DNA of 64,000 nt, taken from NCBI RefSeq assembly GCF_006345805.1, contig NC_043003.1, positions 28,520,001 to 28,584,000 of the forward strand, written 5' to 3'. Positions within the stretch are counted from its first letter, which is position 1, and the number at the start of each line of letters is the position of its first letter. Position numbers and translations under genes: made by a program. The notes under the pieces are model-generated. The model was not told where the DNA came from. It searched no databases and saw only the letters and a list, made by a program, of their open reading frames with translations. The DNA is from Octopus sinensis (Eukaryota). Below are positions 1 through 12,540 of the stretch, piece after piece.

Positions 1-247
1 GCAGACGAAATACCTATTTCTTTACTACCCACAAGTGGCTAAACACAGAGAGGACAAACAAGGACAGACAAACGGATTAATTCGATTATATCGACCCCAT
101 TGCGTAACTGGTACTTAATTTATCGACCCCGAAAGGATGAAAGGCAAAGTCGACATCGGCGGAATTTGAACTCAGAACGTAAGGACGGATGAAATGCCGC
201 TAAGCATTTCGCCCGTCGTGCTAACGATTCTGCCAGCTCACCGCCTT
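1..247 (-). mobile_element. SINE family A (tRNA-derived head AAGGCGGYGAGCTGGCAGAATCG)
   Basis: A box and B box GAGTTCAAATTCC, core GTCGACTTTGCCTTTCATCCTTTCGGGGTCGATAAA. Further copies near 304-645, 3030-3534, 6083-6217, 12553-12765, 33630-34240, 38105-38316, 53741-53930 and 63205-63996. Confidence 0.88.
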
Positions 248-1224
248 ATGTAATACAGTTCAATGAAATATTTTCTTAAATACATTTTAATATATTCTTG
301 TATGCTGGCAGAATCGTTAGCACACCGGTCAAAATACTTGGCGGCATTTTGTTAGTCTTTACGTTCTGAGTTCGAAGTCGACTTTACCTTTCATTTTTAC
401 GGTATGTATAAAATAAGTACCAATTAAATACTAGAGTTGATGTAATCGACTTGCCCCCTCCTCCAAAATTGCTAACATTGTACCAAAATTTGAAATCAAT
501 ATATTTTTGTATGTTAAGGCGGTGAGCTGTCTGAATCATTAGCATGCCGAGCAAAATGCTTAGCGGCGCTTCGTCCGTCATTACGTTCCGTATTCAAATT
601 CCCATTCCTCAAAATTGGTGGCCTTGTACCAAAATTCGAAACTAATATATTCTCGTATGTTGCTGTTTTTGCTGTTTAGCTCCAGGTGGAACATATTCAA
701 CTAGAGTTATACCCAAATCCGCTTCTACGAACAGCTTTGTTACCATCCAATCATATTAGACTCATATTATGACTGGATGGTTATATTAGACTCAGCGCGA
801 TTAGGACTTAACTATCTAATGTAGTTGTTTATTTTAAGATGCTAAGATATAAAGAGAGGAAGATTTAACATCTACAAGTTGTGTAACATAATACTAACTC
901 CTTTATCGTTACAGTAGAAGTCTTGAATTATTTATCAGTATGAAAACAAGAATTTATTTTCCAACAATCAATAAATTTTGGCGGGTGGGGGTGGAATCTT
1001 TCTTATGAAATGTTAAGAGAAAAAGAAAACCGCTATCAGTAGTTTTGATCTACGTTCCACTGGTTTAATTTAATGTTAAACATTCTTTATAGAAATGTTT
1101 TTTATATTAGTAGCGTATACAAATGTATTTGGAGAAAGATTCGTGTACAAAATTAAATCAATTCATTCATCTATCTCCTCTGACCATTATTCCTGGAAGG
1201 CTCGTGAGAATAGAATCCTCAGGC

Positions 1225-1410
1225 ATCTCTTCACTTGAATCCTATCAGAAGCAACATTTATTACATTTTCCTGCTAGATTCCCAGGCGTGACCGACCTGA
1301 CACTATGGATATTATCCAGCCATCTTGTTCTTGGTCTACCCCGAAGACTCCTGCTGGCTGGCTTGTCATGAAGAATCTTGAATTCTTGAATTCTTGTCTT
1401 GAAATTCTTT
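1225..1410 (-). mobile_element. RTE-like LINE 3' fragment
   Basis: RSLRGRPRTRWLDNI motif; similar weak fragments at about 22300-22600 (+) and 26580-26825 (-). Confidence 0.5.
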
Positions 1411-1596
1411 CCTGCGAAAGGCTCAGGTGTGGCTGTATGGTAAGAAGCTTGCTTCCCAACCACATGGTTCTGGGTTCAGTCCCACTGCATGGTACCTTGA
1501 GCAAGTGTCTTCTACTATAGCCCCGGGCTGACCAAAGCCTTGTGAGTGGATTTGGTAGACGGAAACTGAAAAAAGCCTGTCATATATATATATATA

Positions 1597-2122
1597 CTAA
1601 CAGTATCGCCCGGCGTTGCTCGGGTTTGTTTTGACCCGCTGGAATTGGAATCTTTGAAAAGTAAAAATTTTGCATTATGTAGCTTGTTATTCTCTTCAAC
1701 ATTTTTCTGGTTGAAATACACCGAAAAGTGGCGACACAGCAGTGAAAAAATCGTGAAAATAGGGATTTTCATAGAAAAAAGTACCTTTTTGATGTAAATA
1801 AGTTTTGGTGTTAACATGGTCCGATTTGAATTTTATCTTCTACGGAAGGAATAGTAACCCTTCTTCTATCATACTCTCAATTTTGGTCAACTTGCGCAGC
1901 AGGGTCTCGGAGGAGATAGTGTTAGTTGAAGGCTACCAAACCTGCCGCACACAGACAACTTCAGCTTTATATATAGAGATAACACACACACATTAATACA
2001 CATACATACACACACACATGTATGTATGTATGGATGGATGTATGTATATATGTACATCTGTCCACTTCTTGCCATATTTTTATCCTACACACACACACAC
2101 ACACACACTCATACACACACAC

Positions 2123-2164
<42 letters not shown>

Positions 2165-2647
2165 GAACACACACACACACACACACACCTTCTTAGCTTA
2201 CAATTTCTTTCTTTCAACAATTGACAACTGAAGTACGCTCGCCAATGAATACTACCAAAAGTTAGCGACAGATCTCTGTTTCCTTTTTTTTTTTTGAGGA
2301 TTGGTTTAAGCATTAATAAGAGAAAGTAGCAGAATGTGTGATGTTGAATAAGAGTTGCAGAAAGAGGATATGATAGTGGTATACACTTGCAAAGAGAAAG
2401 TAGGAGAAAGTGTGGTAATAGCAGGAGTAAAGCATTTGAAATGAGAGAGGCAAATCGTAAAATAATGAGTTTTCTCGAATTTTTGCTTAATTGGGGGTGA
2501 AATTGAAAAAAATGTATATGCCATGACCCAATCGAATCTACTTCGAAAAATCATAGGTAAATTCCAATTGAAGAAATTCTATATTGTACAATTGTATTAA
2601 AAACAATGTATGTGAGAGGCAGAGAAAATCTGCCTTTTATCATAAGA
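1597..2647 (-). mobile_element. non-autonomous Helitron nested in a SINE microsatellite
   Basis: Minus strand begins TCTTATGATAAAAGGCAG and ends CCCGAGCAACGCCGGGCGATACTGTTAG (3' hairpin plus CTAG variant); homologous to 40044-41680. Confidence 0.8.
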
Positions 2648-3679
2648 GATATATTTATTTAATTATGTGTGCGTGTCTTTGTATTTGTTCCCTCACCATT
2701 GCTTGACAACCGATTCTGGCGTGTTCACGTCGCCGTAACTTAGCGGTTTGGCAAAAGACAACGACAGAGTAAGTACTAGGCTTACAAACAATAAGTCTGG
2801 GATCGATCGATTTTTTCGACTAAAACCCATTATACTAGAGATTCTAATGAGTAATCTCATTGCGGCTGCCGATCGTATTCTCGGTCATTATTCAACATTC
2901 ATGACCATAGGTGAGGACATGCACAAAAACCGAAACGAGATAGCAAGTTTGGCTTTTGTTTTTTATTTACCAATATCACCACGTTGCTACATAATTTATA
3001 AACTTTTAACGTCATGTAAGTTAAACAATTCTTTCTACCATAGGGACAAGGCCTAGGATTTTTTGTTGGGTGGGGGCTTGTTTATTACATCGATTCCTGT
3101 GCTCGATTGGTACTGAAAGATAAAGCCGATCTCGGCGGAATTTGAACACAGATCGTAATAAGTCGGAAGAAATGCCGCTAATCATTTTGCCTGACGTGGT
3201 AACTATTTTAATAGCTTGTCGCCTCATGTAATCTAAATAATCCTTTTTAATATAGGTTCAAGGTCTGAAATTTTGAGAAAGGGGTATAAGTCGATTACAT
3301 CGACTCCAATGCGTAATTGGTACTAATTTTATCGACACCGATAGGATGAAAGGCAAATTCTACCTCGGCGGAATTTGAACGCAGAACGTAAGGACGGATG
3401 AAATGCTGCTAAACATTTATCCCGCCGTGCTAACGATTCTGCCAGCTCACCGCCTTGATGGCGCGAAATTTAGATCGACTCCAGTACGCAACTGGTAGTT
3501 AATTTATCGACTCCGAAAGGATGAAAGGCAAAGTAATCTAAATAATGACTGAAATATTCACTGACGAACATATCTTGCAAGTATCGTGTATGGCAGTGTT
3601 GCGGAGTATATTAAACCTTAGGATAATTTTGATACCAGATTTAGAGACAAATTTTGTCAGAGCAGTTGTACAGTTATAT

Positions 3680-4086
3680 AGGCGCAGGGGTGGCTGTGTG
3701 ATAAGTAGCTTGCTTACGAACCACATGGTCCCGGGTTCAATTCCACTGCGTGGTACCTTGGGCAAGTGTCTTCTACTATAGCCTCGGGTCGACCAAAAGC
3801 CTTGTGAGTGGATTTGGTAGACGGAAACTGGAAGAAGCCCATCGTATATGTATATATATATGTATATGTATGTGTGTGCATATGTGTGTCTGTGTTTGTC
3901 CTCCCAACATCGCTTGACAACCGATGCTGGTGTGTTTACGTCCTGGTAACTTAGCGGTTCGGCAAAAGAGATCGATAGAATAGGTACTAGGCTTACAAAT
4001 AATAAACTCTGGGGGTGATTTGCTCGACAAAAAGCGGTGCTTCAGAATGACCGCAGTTAAATGGCTGAAACAAGTAAAAGAGTAAA
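3680..4086 (+). mobile_element. SINE family B (tRNA head, CORE-like ACCTTGGGCAAGT, internal microsatellite)
   Basis: Further copies at about 1420-1596 plus 2665-2830, 7700-7990(-), 11452-11855, 30760-31220, 38910-39305(-), 47218-48015, 55615-55972(-) and 62230-62345. Confidence 0.88.
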
Positions 4087-4442
4087 CTTAGGTGGACATA
4101 CTTCATTATATTAATGGTATTGGTAAATGGTGATAAATGGAAACTAAGCTACTTTACTGAGAGATTACCATCAGAATATAGCGAGAAAGAGACACCCGAT
4201 ACTAATAGTTTAACAATGTCCATGACACAGATAAATATGTTTGAGCGCGCGCACGCGTGTAGGAATATATGTGTAGTTGAATGGCTCAGGCAATGTGCCA
4301 AATATCCATTTTATTTGATGTCACTGTTTGTTTAGGGTTCTGTAAAAAATGTTTAGTCTTGACCTTTCTGGTAAGGGTTTGCATTATTTCGGAGATAAAA
4401 GAAAAGTTATGGACGGCTGTGAATGAATGAGAAATTATTGTT

Positions 4443-4490
4443 CAGTAGAGCGTAGTTTCGATCTACAGAGCTCTAGATTATGAAACCATA
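4443..4490 (-). pseudogene. tRNA-iMet relic (3' half)
   Basis: CAGTAGAGCGTAGTTTCGATCTACAGAGCTCTAGATTATG matches the reverse complement of the tRNA 3' half. Confidence 0.7.
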
Positions 4491-4722
4491 ACCATTGAAC
4501 ATCTCTATTGAATGACATGTATAATAAACAGCTATTAAATATTATTGCCCCATGTCATCGATTATTATGTGAAATTTCTTCTTGATTCATTCATGTAGAA
4601 GTCTTGAATTATTTATCAGTTTGAAAACAAGCATTTATTTTCCAGCAATAAAATCAATACATATTTTTGGGGAAAAATCTTTATGAAATGTTGATTAAGA
4701 GGAGAGAAAAAAAATCGCTAAT

Positions 4723-4794
4723 AAGCAGAGCATAATTTCAATCAACGGTCCACTGGCTAATGCGTCCCGCACAACCCGACCGCTTCACTTCGTT
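4723..4794 (-). pseudogene. tRNA-iMet relic
   Basis: AAGCAGAGCATAATTTCAATCAACGGTCCACTGG; upstream TGGAACCT motif at the expected spacing (about 4845). Confidence 0.6.
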
Positions 4795-5127
4795 AGACGG
4801 AGCCAGCTTTCTATTTAACGTATAAATGACATTTGTCAGGTTCCATGTACTATTTAATATGTATAACAAACATCCAGCAATAAATAAATATTATTATTCG
4901 ATTTCATAAATTATTCTGTGAAATTTCTACTATGAGATTCAATATTTATGTTTATAAATACAGCCCGCAATTTCTTCCCACCGATCACTGTCAGCAATAA
5001 AAACAACTTTTATTATTATTTGGGAAAAAAGTTAAGATTTCTTCCCCATCAAATACTGAACTTTCAACTACTTAGATATCATCACTGTATTTGATGATTT
5101 GATATTAAAAAGAAAAAAAAGGAACAT

Positions 5128-5182
5128 TAACTGGGAGTAGCTTCGATCTGCAGAGCTCCTGGTCAAGCGCGCTTCCACTGCA
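5128..5182 (-). pseudogene. tRNA-iMet relic
   Basis: GTAGCTTCGATCTGCAGAGCTC...AGCGCGCTTCCACTGC retains T-arm and D-arm motifs. Confidence 0.55.
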
Positions 5183-5456
5183 GATTAAAAAATATAATAA
5201 ATAGTGATTTTCTTTTTACACTAACCAATATGTATTTAAGTTTCAGTAGAATCGGCAGACTGCATAGTATGACATTTATGTGTTTGAAAAGTGAACTGGT
5301 AGTGTGTGTGTGTGTGTGTGTGAGAGAGGTGTGTACTTTTGGTCACATGCGAATGAAAACTATACAAAATCGAGATAACTGTAACAGTAATATGTCTTAC
5401 AATAGAAAATGGCATAAATCAAGATTATGTAAAGTCTCACTTTCTATAATACCCGT

Positions 5457-5494
5457 ATGGAAATTTGCCAACAATCAATAATATGTTATATATA
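5457..5494 (+). promoter_or_regulatory. conserved tRNA upstream block (TGGAA at -54, CAAYAAT, TATA-like run near -26)
   Basis: TGGAA starts exactly 54 nt upstream of the copies at 5512, 5933, 9132, 16997(-) and 17278(-). Confidence 0.45.
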
Positions 5495-5511
5495 GGCATT
5501 CATGTCTGTGA

Positions 5512-5583
5512 AGCAGAGTGGCGCAGGGGAAGCGTGCTGGGCCCATAACCCAGAGGTCCGTAGATCGAAACTACGCTCTGCTA
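5512..5583 (+). tRNA. tRNA-iMet-CAT: initiator tRNA-Met (CAT), D-loop T>G variant
   Basis: 72-nt cloverleaf AGCAGAG...CTCTGCTA with A1-U72, three G-C pairs in the anticodon stem, loop CCCATAA and T-loop ATCGAAA (eukaryotic initiator hallmarks). D-loop reads AGGGGAA. TTTT follows just downstream. Confidence 0.95.
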
Positions 5584-5932
5584 GCTTTTCGAAAATTTTC
5601 TTTCATATTATTTTTTTTCATCAAATACTCAAATATCTATGTAGTTCAATATTCAATATCTCATAGGAAAATCATTATTTCGTCGGAAATATCAAAATAC
5701 TGGTCGTATTGCTGAGAGCTAGCTACAGGAATAAATTAAGGACAATAAATATAAAGATAAGCATCGAGTCAGTAGAAATTTCACAGAATCATTGGGGAAA
5801 TCGTACAATAATTTTATTTTTATTAAAGAACGTAATACGTAAAAAAAAAAGAAAAAAGAAATAACATTAAACGATGCATGGAACCTTATAAAAACCAATA
5901 ATGCGTTATATATAGAGCTAATGCCATTCGGA

Positions 5933-6004
5933 AGCAGAGTGGCGCAGTGGAAGCGTGCTGGGCCCATAACCCAGAGGTCCGTAGATCGAAACTACGCTCT
6001 GCTA
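5933..6004 (+). tRNA. tRNA-iMet-CAT: initiator tRNA-Met (CAT), consensus copy
   Basis: AGCAGAGTGGCGCAGTGGAAGCGTGCTGGGCCCATAACCCAGAGGTCCGTAGATCGAAACTACGCTCTGCTA, all stems pair; oligo-T terminator follows. Confidence 0.97.
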
Positions 6005-7998
6005 ATTACCGCTTTTTCTTTTTTTTTTCTCTTTCTCTTATCAAATAATATTGATATAATGCTGCTCAGTATTTTACATAAAGAAGGCGGTGAGCTGGCA
6101 GAATCATTAGCAGGCCGGGCAACATGATTAGCATAATTTCATCCGTCTTCGCGTTCACAGTTCAAATTCCGCCTAGGTTGACTTTCATCCTCTCGAGGTC
6201 AATAAAATAAAAGTACCGATGGACAATGGTAAAAAAAATAAAACAAAGCAAACAAACGAAAGATGAAAGGTACCCTCACGTATCCATAAAAATAGCACCA
6301 AAGACGAACAAAAAACCCGCGACCACAACATACCCACACAAACCACAAACCGACTCAGTTACCTCAAATAAAGAACGCATTAAAAACAAGGACAACCAAA
6401 AACCCGCATTCACACCGCGCACACACAAAACACGAACATCCTACTTATTTGCCCCAAACATATCCACAATTAATCCGTTCACGCCAGTAACACCCGGGAA
6501 AAAACCCACCACCCTTGCTAAACATACACACAGAAATTCACGTATCACCCTATATTTAGCACGGCCAGTGAAATGAATTTACAAATGCTGAAAGGTGTCA
6601 GTGATTTGGCTGAAATTCCGACGCTATATGACAGGAATGCAGGGCAAGGGGTTATGTGGTTGCCTTTTTGTTTATATGTCGATGATTTGCATTTAGCTGT
6701 GAACTTGTGTATGTGCGCATGGCTTCACTGTCAGATCGCCTCTGCTTATGTGAAAGAAATTTGTATATTTATATATTTGTGCTCATGCTAGATTCTACAA
6801 TCCAGAAGGCACCTGAACTTGTTAAAGTCTACTTGTATCATGTACAAGTTAATTTTTTTTTCCTCAATGAAATGTTAAGTATTAAATTTTACAAAAAACT
6901 TTCTGCTTTTAACACTTTACCAAAATTATTCCCTGAAATGTAATGTTTGCTCATCCACATTGTTTCAAATTAATCAGACACCAGCGAACTCAAAAGACAA
7001 TGCAATGTTCCTTTTCATCAATTGTTGCACGTTGATTCAACTCATTTTGTCTGTCCTGTAGTGTGAATGAAAGTGTAAGTCTTGCCAGATGTGTGAGATG
7101 ATTGAATGTGAGTTCCAGTGATCTTAAAAGAAGATCAAAAGATTATGTGACATATCTTTTTCATCTGTTGTTACACGCTATCCAAGCATAGTTGCACCAA
7201 CGCACTTCGTCCTCATTTGTGAATAAAGAGTGTATGCCTTGTTACATGTGTAAGTGAGACTTGAACGTAAGTACCAGTGATTTTAAAAGAAGATCAGTTA
7301 TGATGCGTGGTTTGTGGGGTCCCCGCGTCAATCACTCCATTTTTATCATTTTCGCTCTTTCATTACCCGTACGCTAATTTGACCCCCATGTTTTTCTATC
7401 CTACATTGTCCCTTCTGTGTATTAGCCTTTTATGGGGAATAAAGAATAAGTGCCTTTTACTGAAGATAAATAAATAAATAAAAGTACCAGTTGAGCACTG
7501 GAGCCAATGTAATCGACTTTTCCTGTGCCAAAATTTGAAACCAGCATTTTACTCGAAAGATTTCTTCCACATTAATAGTAAAAAAAAATATTGTTGGAAA
7601 ATAATAATTGTTTTAATATTCATAAATAGTTATGTTTTTTTTTATAATAGTTATCTGCAGGAACGAAATAAATAAATAAATAAATAAATAAATATTCTTT
7701 TATTCTTTTACTCTTTTATTTGTTTCAGTCATTTGACTGCGGCCAGGCTGGAGAACCGCCTTTAGTCGAACAAATCGACCCTAGGACTTATTCTTTGTAA
7801 GCCTAGTACTTATTCTACCGGTCTCTTTTGCCGAAACGCTGAGTTACGGGGACGTAAACACGCTAACATCGGTTGTCAAGCGATGGTAGGGGAACAAATA
7901 CAAACACAAACATATGTATATATATATATATACGACAGGCTTCTTTCAGTTTCCGTCCGCTAAATCCACTCGCAAGGCTTTGGTCGGCCACTCCTGCG

Positions 7999-8132
<134 letters not shown>

Positions 8133-8623
8133 GTATGTATGTATGTATATATATAAAGGTACTCCATATATATAAAGGTAACCGCCAAACCATGTGCCTT
8201 CCAAAATAAACCAATAAATATATCTAAACGCAAATACACATACACACGCACGCACGCACGTACATACACACACACATACATTGGATCCATACGTAAGCAT
8301 TTCACCCCGTAGTTGATGAAATCAAGCAATAATATTTCTTAATAGATAATTGTTAGCTACAGAATCAATATTAGTATCAAAAGGCAATCTTTATATCCAA
8401 CTTAACGTGCAATATTCGCCTTGGAAGATCTTCTCATACAGATACATGGTGCATAAAAGCACACACATATATATTGTTAGATGTCTACCACACATGTCAT
8501 TTAGCAGAGATGTTCAGTGGTTGTGCGGTGTAAATTGTTGGAGGTTTATGACATACTGATTTTTATGGTGCATAGACACAAGAAATTTCTAGTTTTTAGG
8601 AGTAAATATTTAAAAAATGATAT

Positions 8624-8655
8624 AGAGGCCCGTAGATAGAATCGACGCTCTGCTG
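8624..8655 (+). pseudogene. tRNA-iMet relic (3' end)
   Basis: AGAGGCCCGTAGATAGAATCGACGCTCTGCTG; downstream flank paralogous to the 4443 and 15621 relics. Confidence 0.6.
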
Positions 8656-9131
8656 AATAATTTCAAGTTCATCCAAAGTCATTCTAGAGTAGTTATTAAT
8701 TATTTCGGAACTATAAACCTCTACTAGAAAGGTCAGGACTAAAAGTTTCTCACGAAATCCCAAACAAACAGCAAAAACGAGGTGGCCCCATAACAGCAAA
8801 TAGAGTAGATATTTGGCACATCGCCTTATCCATCGATCCATCCATACATATATACATTTACATGTGTTGTGTGTTGTGCGTATGTGTGTGTATGTGTGTG
8901 TATGTGTGTATGTGTATGTGTTGCGTGTAAGTGTGTGTGTGCGGGTATGTGTGTGTGTTGTACTTAGGTCAAGTGTGAATGAAAACTACACAGAATCGAC
9001 ATAATTGTAGCACCAATACGAGTAGAAAATCGCACAAATTATGATTACATAAATTCTCGCTTTCAGCAATTCTTGTATGGAAATTTGCCAACAATCAATA
9101 ATGTTTAATATATACTCATTCAGTTCTGTGA

Positions 9132-9203
9132 AGCAGAGTGGCGCAGTGGAAGCGTGCTGGGCCCATAACCCAGAGGTCCGTAGATCGAAACTACGCTCTG
9201 CTA
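9132..9203 (+). tRNA. tRNA-iMet-CAT: initiator tRNA-Met (CAT), consensus copy
   Basis: Identical to 5933-6004; long T run about 15 nt downstream. Confidence 0.97.
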
Positions 9204-9599
9204 AATCTTAAAAGTTACTTTTTTTTTTTTTCATCAAATACTGAGATATTTTATATAGTTCAATATTCAATACCTAAAAGATGTGTAAGTCTATTTGTGT
9301 GTGTGTGTGGTACTGAGTGAAACCATCAGTGATGGATGTCACTGACGCCATATTCTGATTGTAATCTCTCAGTAATATATATTAGTTTCCATTCATCAAC
9401 CTTTACTAATTCCATTAACATAATGAAGTATATTCAACTAACTGTACAACTGCCCCGACCAAACTTGTCTTGGGATATGGAATCAGAATTATTCTAAATA
9501 TTCAACTACGTTACCGCACTTATTCATTTGGCTTACGTGTTATTAAAAGCTTATGAATTTTATAGTAATGCAGATTAAGTACTGTAAGACGGATCTTTG

Positions 9600-10612
9600 T
9601 ACATATGTATATGTATAAACTTAGATAAACTTAGATATGTTTCGACCAAAGATTGGTCCAGGCCATGTCTAACTTAATAGCACCACCTGATAGGATTATT
9701 CGAATCCTGTTTAAGTCAAGTTTTGTCCAAGTAGTGAGTTCTTGTTGGGTGAGTTGTATCCAGTTTTGTTCAAGTAGTGAGTTCTTGTTGGGTGAGTTGT
9801 ATCCAATTATGGGTGGCTTATCTGGTATTCTTTGAAGGAATCTATCCAGACTCTGTTTAAAGTTGATGGGATCCTTTTCCTCTTTGATCTCCCTCGGGAC
9901 AATGTTAAATAGGGCACGGCCAGTTGAGGAAAAGAAATTATGTTGCAGTGTACATGTATGTTGTGATCTTGAATTGGGCAGGGGACGTATGGCCCGTGGT
10001 CCCAGTCTTGGATGAACCTTGAAGCCAATGTTTTGGTCGTTTGGGCAAAGTTGGCGGTATATTCTCCACATCGTACAAATGATGTACCGCTCTCGGCGAC
10101 GCTGAAGGGAGTAAAGTTTCAAGGCTTTAAGGCGATCCCAATAATCGAGAGCAGCCATGCCTTCAATTCGTTTAGTGAGTGCCCTCTGGGGTGACTCAAT
10201 TCTGGAGATGTTTTGTCTTGTATGGGGAGACCACAGTGGGCAGCAGTATTCAAATCGACCTTCTTGTTATGTGTGCACTCCAACTGAGATCGTCATCAAC
10301 AATTACACCCAGGTCTCTGATATTGTTAGAGGCTGTGAGCAGCTCCCCTGAAGGAAGAGAGTATGGTTGTTTTAGTGAGGAATTTCTTCCAAAATGCATC
10401 AGCTCAAATTTTCCCTCATTCAGTTGCATTTTGTTTCTGTCTGCCCATTGACTCACAGCATAGAGATCAGACTGGAGTTGAGTTCGGTCTGCTTCTTCAT
10501 TGACGATTTGCTGGAGTTTGGTGTCATCAGCAAATATTTTCACTTTGCAGTAATGTACGACACTGGAAAGGTCGTTTATGTAAATTATGAAGAGTAGCGG
10601 ACCCAAAACAGT
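9600..10612 (-). mobile_element. 5'-truncated CR1/L2-group LINE (RT C-terminal fragment, internal deletion)
   Basis: ORFs GPLLFIIYINDL...FADDTKL...LQSDL...DLGVIVDDDLSW and LDYWDRLKALKLYSLQRRRERY. Confidence 0.9.
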
Positions 10613-10918
10613 GTGTGGGAAATGCGAACGTCACTCTTAGAAATGAATATGTGACTTAAATACTGGAACCTTAGATTGTGTGATGATTCCATTTTGAATC
10701 ATGTCTATCTCTCTAGACGTGGAATATTAAGAGACATATTCAGGCTTAACACGTTTCTTGGAAAATGTCACTAACTAAACGGAAGGTGAGAATCCTAAAA
10801 ATAAGTGCTATGATTTGTTTTATGACAAAATTACAACAATATAGTACCTAGTTCTATATTTAAGAGATGAGGAATTATTTACATTATTTACATTTGACGG
10901 ATATATATATATATATGT

Positions 10919-10969
<51 letters not shown>

Positions 10970-11607
10970 GAAAAGTATTGTGTACAGATGTATTAACATT
11001 AAAGAAACGTTACTACGATCCGATGTGAGAGTTTATACTTGGTCAAAATACTAGAAAATAGCAACCGAATCTCGCTGTCATTTAAAGCCTTGTCAGCTAA
11101 ACATTACACACGCATGCGCACTCAAAAAACTCTAAGTACGCCATGTTTAGAATGAATGGATATCACATTAGGAACAGCTTTGATAATTACACTACTTGAA
11201 CTCAGTTTTACTCAGTGTTAAGCCCCGCCCCCACCAAAAAAAAAAAACTTAATTCAAGTGTATATCAGAAAATGTTTATATTAAGAAAACGTTTACATGA
11301 AGCAAATTGTAAATATTTCTCTTTCACTAGTTTCGATGCACGAAACACCTGGTTTGCGCTGCCATCACAAGACGGCTGGGCTGAACTTACGCAATAGAAA
11401 ACTACTGCAGATATATCATGTATCAAGGATTTATGAATTAATCCAGCTAATACAGGTGCGGGCGTAGCTTTTCCAACCACATGGTTCCGGGTTCAGTCCC
11501 ACTGCGTTCCACCTTGGACAAGCGTCTTCTACTATAGCTTCAGACTGACTCAAGCCTTGTGAGTGGATTCGGTAGACGGAAAATGAAAGAAGCCCCTCGT
11601 ATATATA

Positions 11608-11652
<45 letters not shown>

Positions 11653-12135
11653 TTCTATCTTTGTTTGTCTCTACCACCTCTTGAGGACTGATATTTGTTT
11701 ACGTCCCCGTAACTTAACGTTTTGGCAAAACAGACCGACAGAATAAGTACCAGGCTTTAAAAAAATAAGTATTGAGGTCGATACATACAACTAAAAAATT
11801 CTTCAAGGCGGTGCCCCAGCATGGCCGCGGTTTAATGAATAAAACTCTTAAAAGAATATGAAATCATGCGATAAATATATATATTTTATGCCTGAATATG
11901 TCTCTTAATATTCCGCGTCTAGAGAGATAGACATGATTCAAAATGGAATCATCACACAATGTAAGGTTCCAGTATTTAAGTCACATATTCATTTCTAAGA
12001 GTGACGTTCGCATTTCCCATTAACTGAGGAACTTACACGTTTCTTGGAAAATGTCACTAACTAAACGGAAGGTGAGAATCCTAAAAATAAGTGCTATGAT
12101 TTGTTTTATGACAAAATTACAACAATATAGTACCT

Positions 12136-12343
12136 AGTTCTATATTTAAGAGATGAGGAATTATTTACATTATTTACATTTGACGGATATTTGTCCTCGT
12201 CTTGTTTGTTTCGGTTGATATACCCTCTGGCCTTCATCAGGTGCCTTGGGCAAATTTCGAACCTGGGTAGAGGTTAAGAGCGCAGGCTACTAACCCCAAG
12301 ATTCCAAGTTCGATTACAAGCAGCGACATGAACAACAATGATT

Positions 12344-12381
<38 letters not shown>

Positions 12382-12540
12382 AAACAACAACAACAACAAT
12401 AATAATAATGATAATAATAATAACATTGAAAAATACCTTAGGAACGAGAACCCAGGTTCGAAATTTCTCCAAGACACCTGATGAACAACAAACAAGATGA
12501 GGACAAATATACGTCAAATGTAAATAATGTAAATAATGAA
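12136..12540 (+). mobile_element. tRNA-headed, hammerhead-tailed short element with inverted 3' copy at its 5' side
   Basis: 12136-12267 is the reverse complement of the tail; 12268-12540 is head, (AAC/AAT)n, then tail; TACCTAG on both flanks. Confidence 0.7.

Noticed and set aside
6226-6576. 116-aa K/T/P-rich ORF
   Set aside because: Arises from C/A compositional skew inside an inserted element; no recognisable domain.
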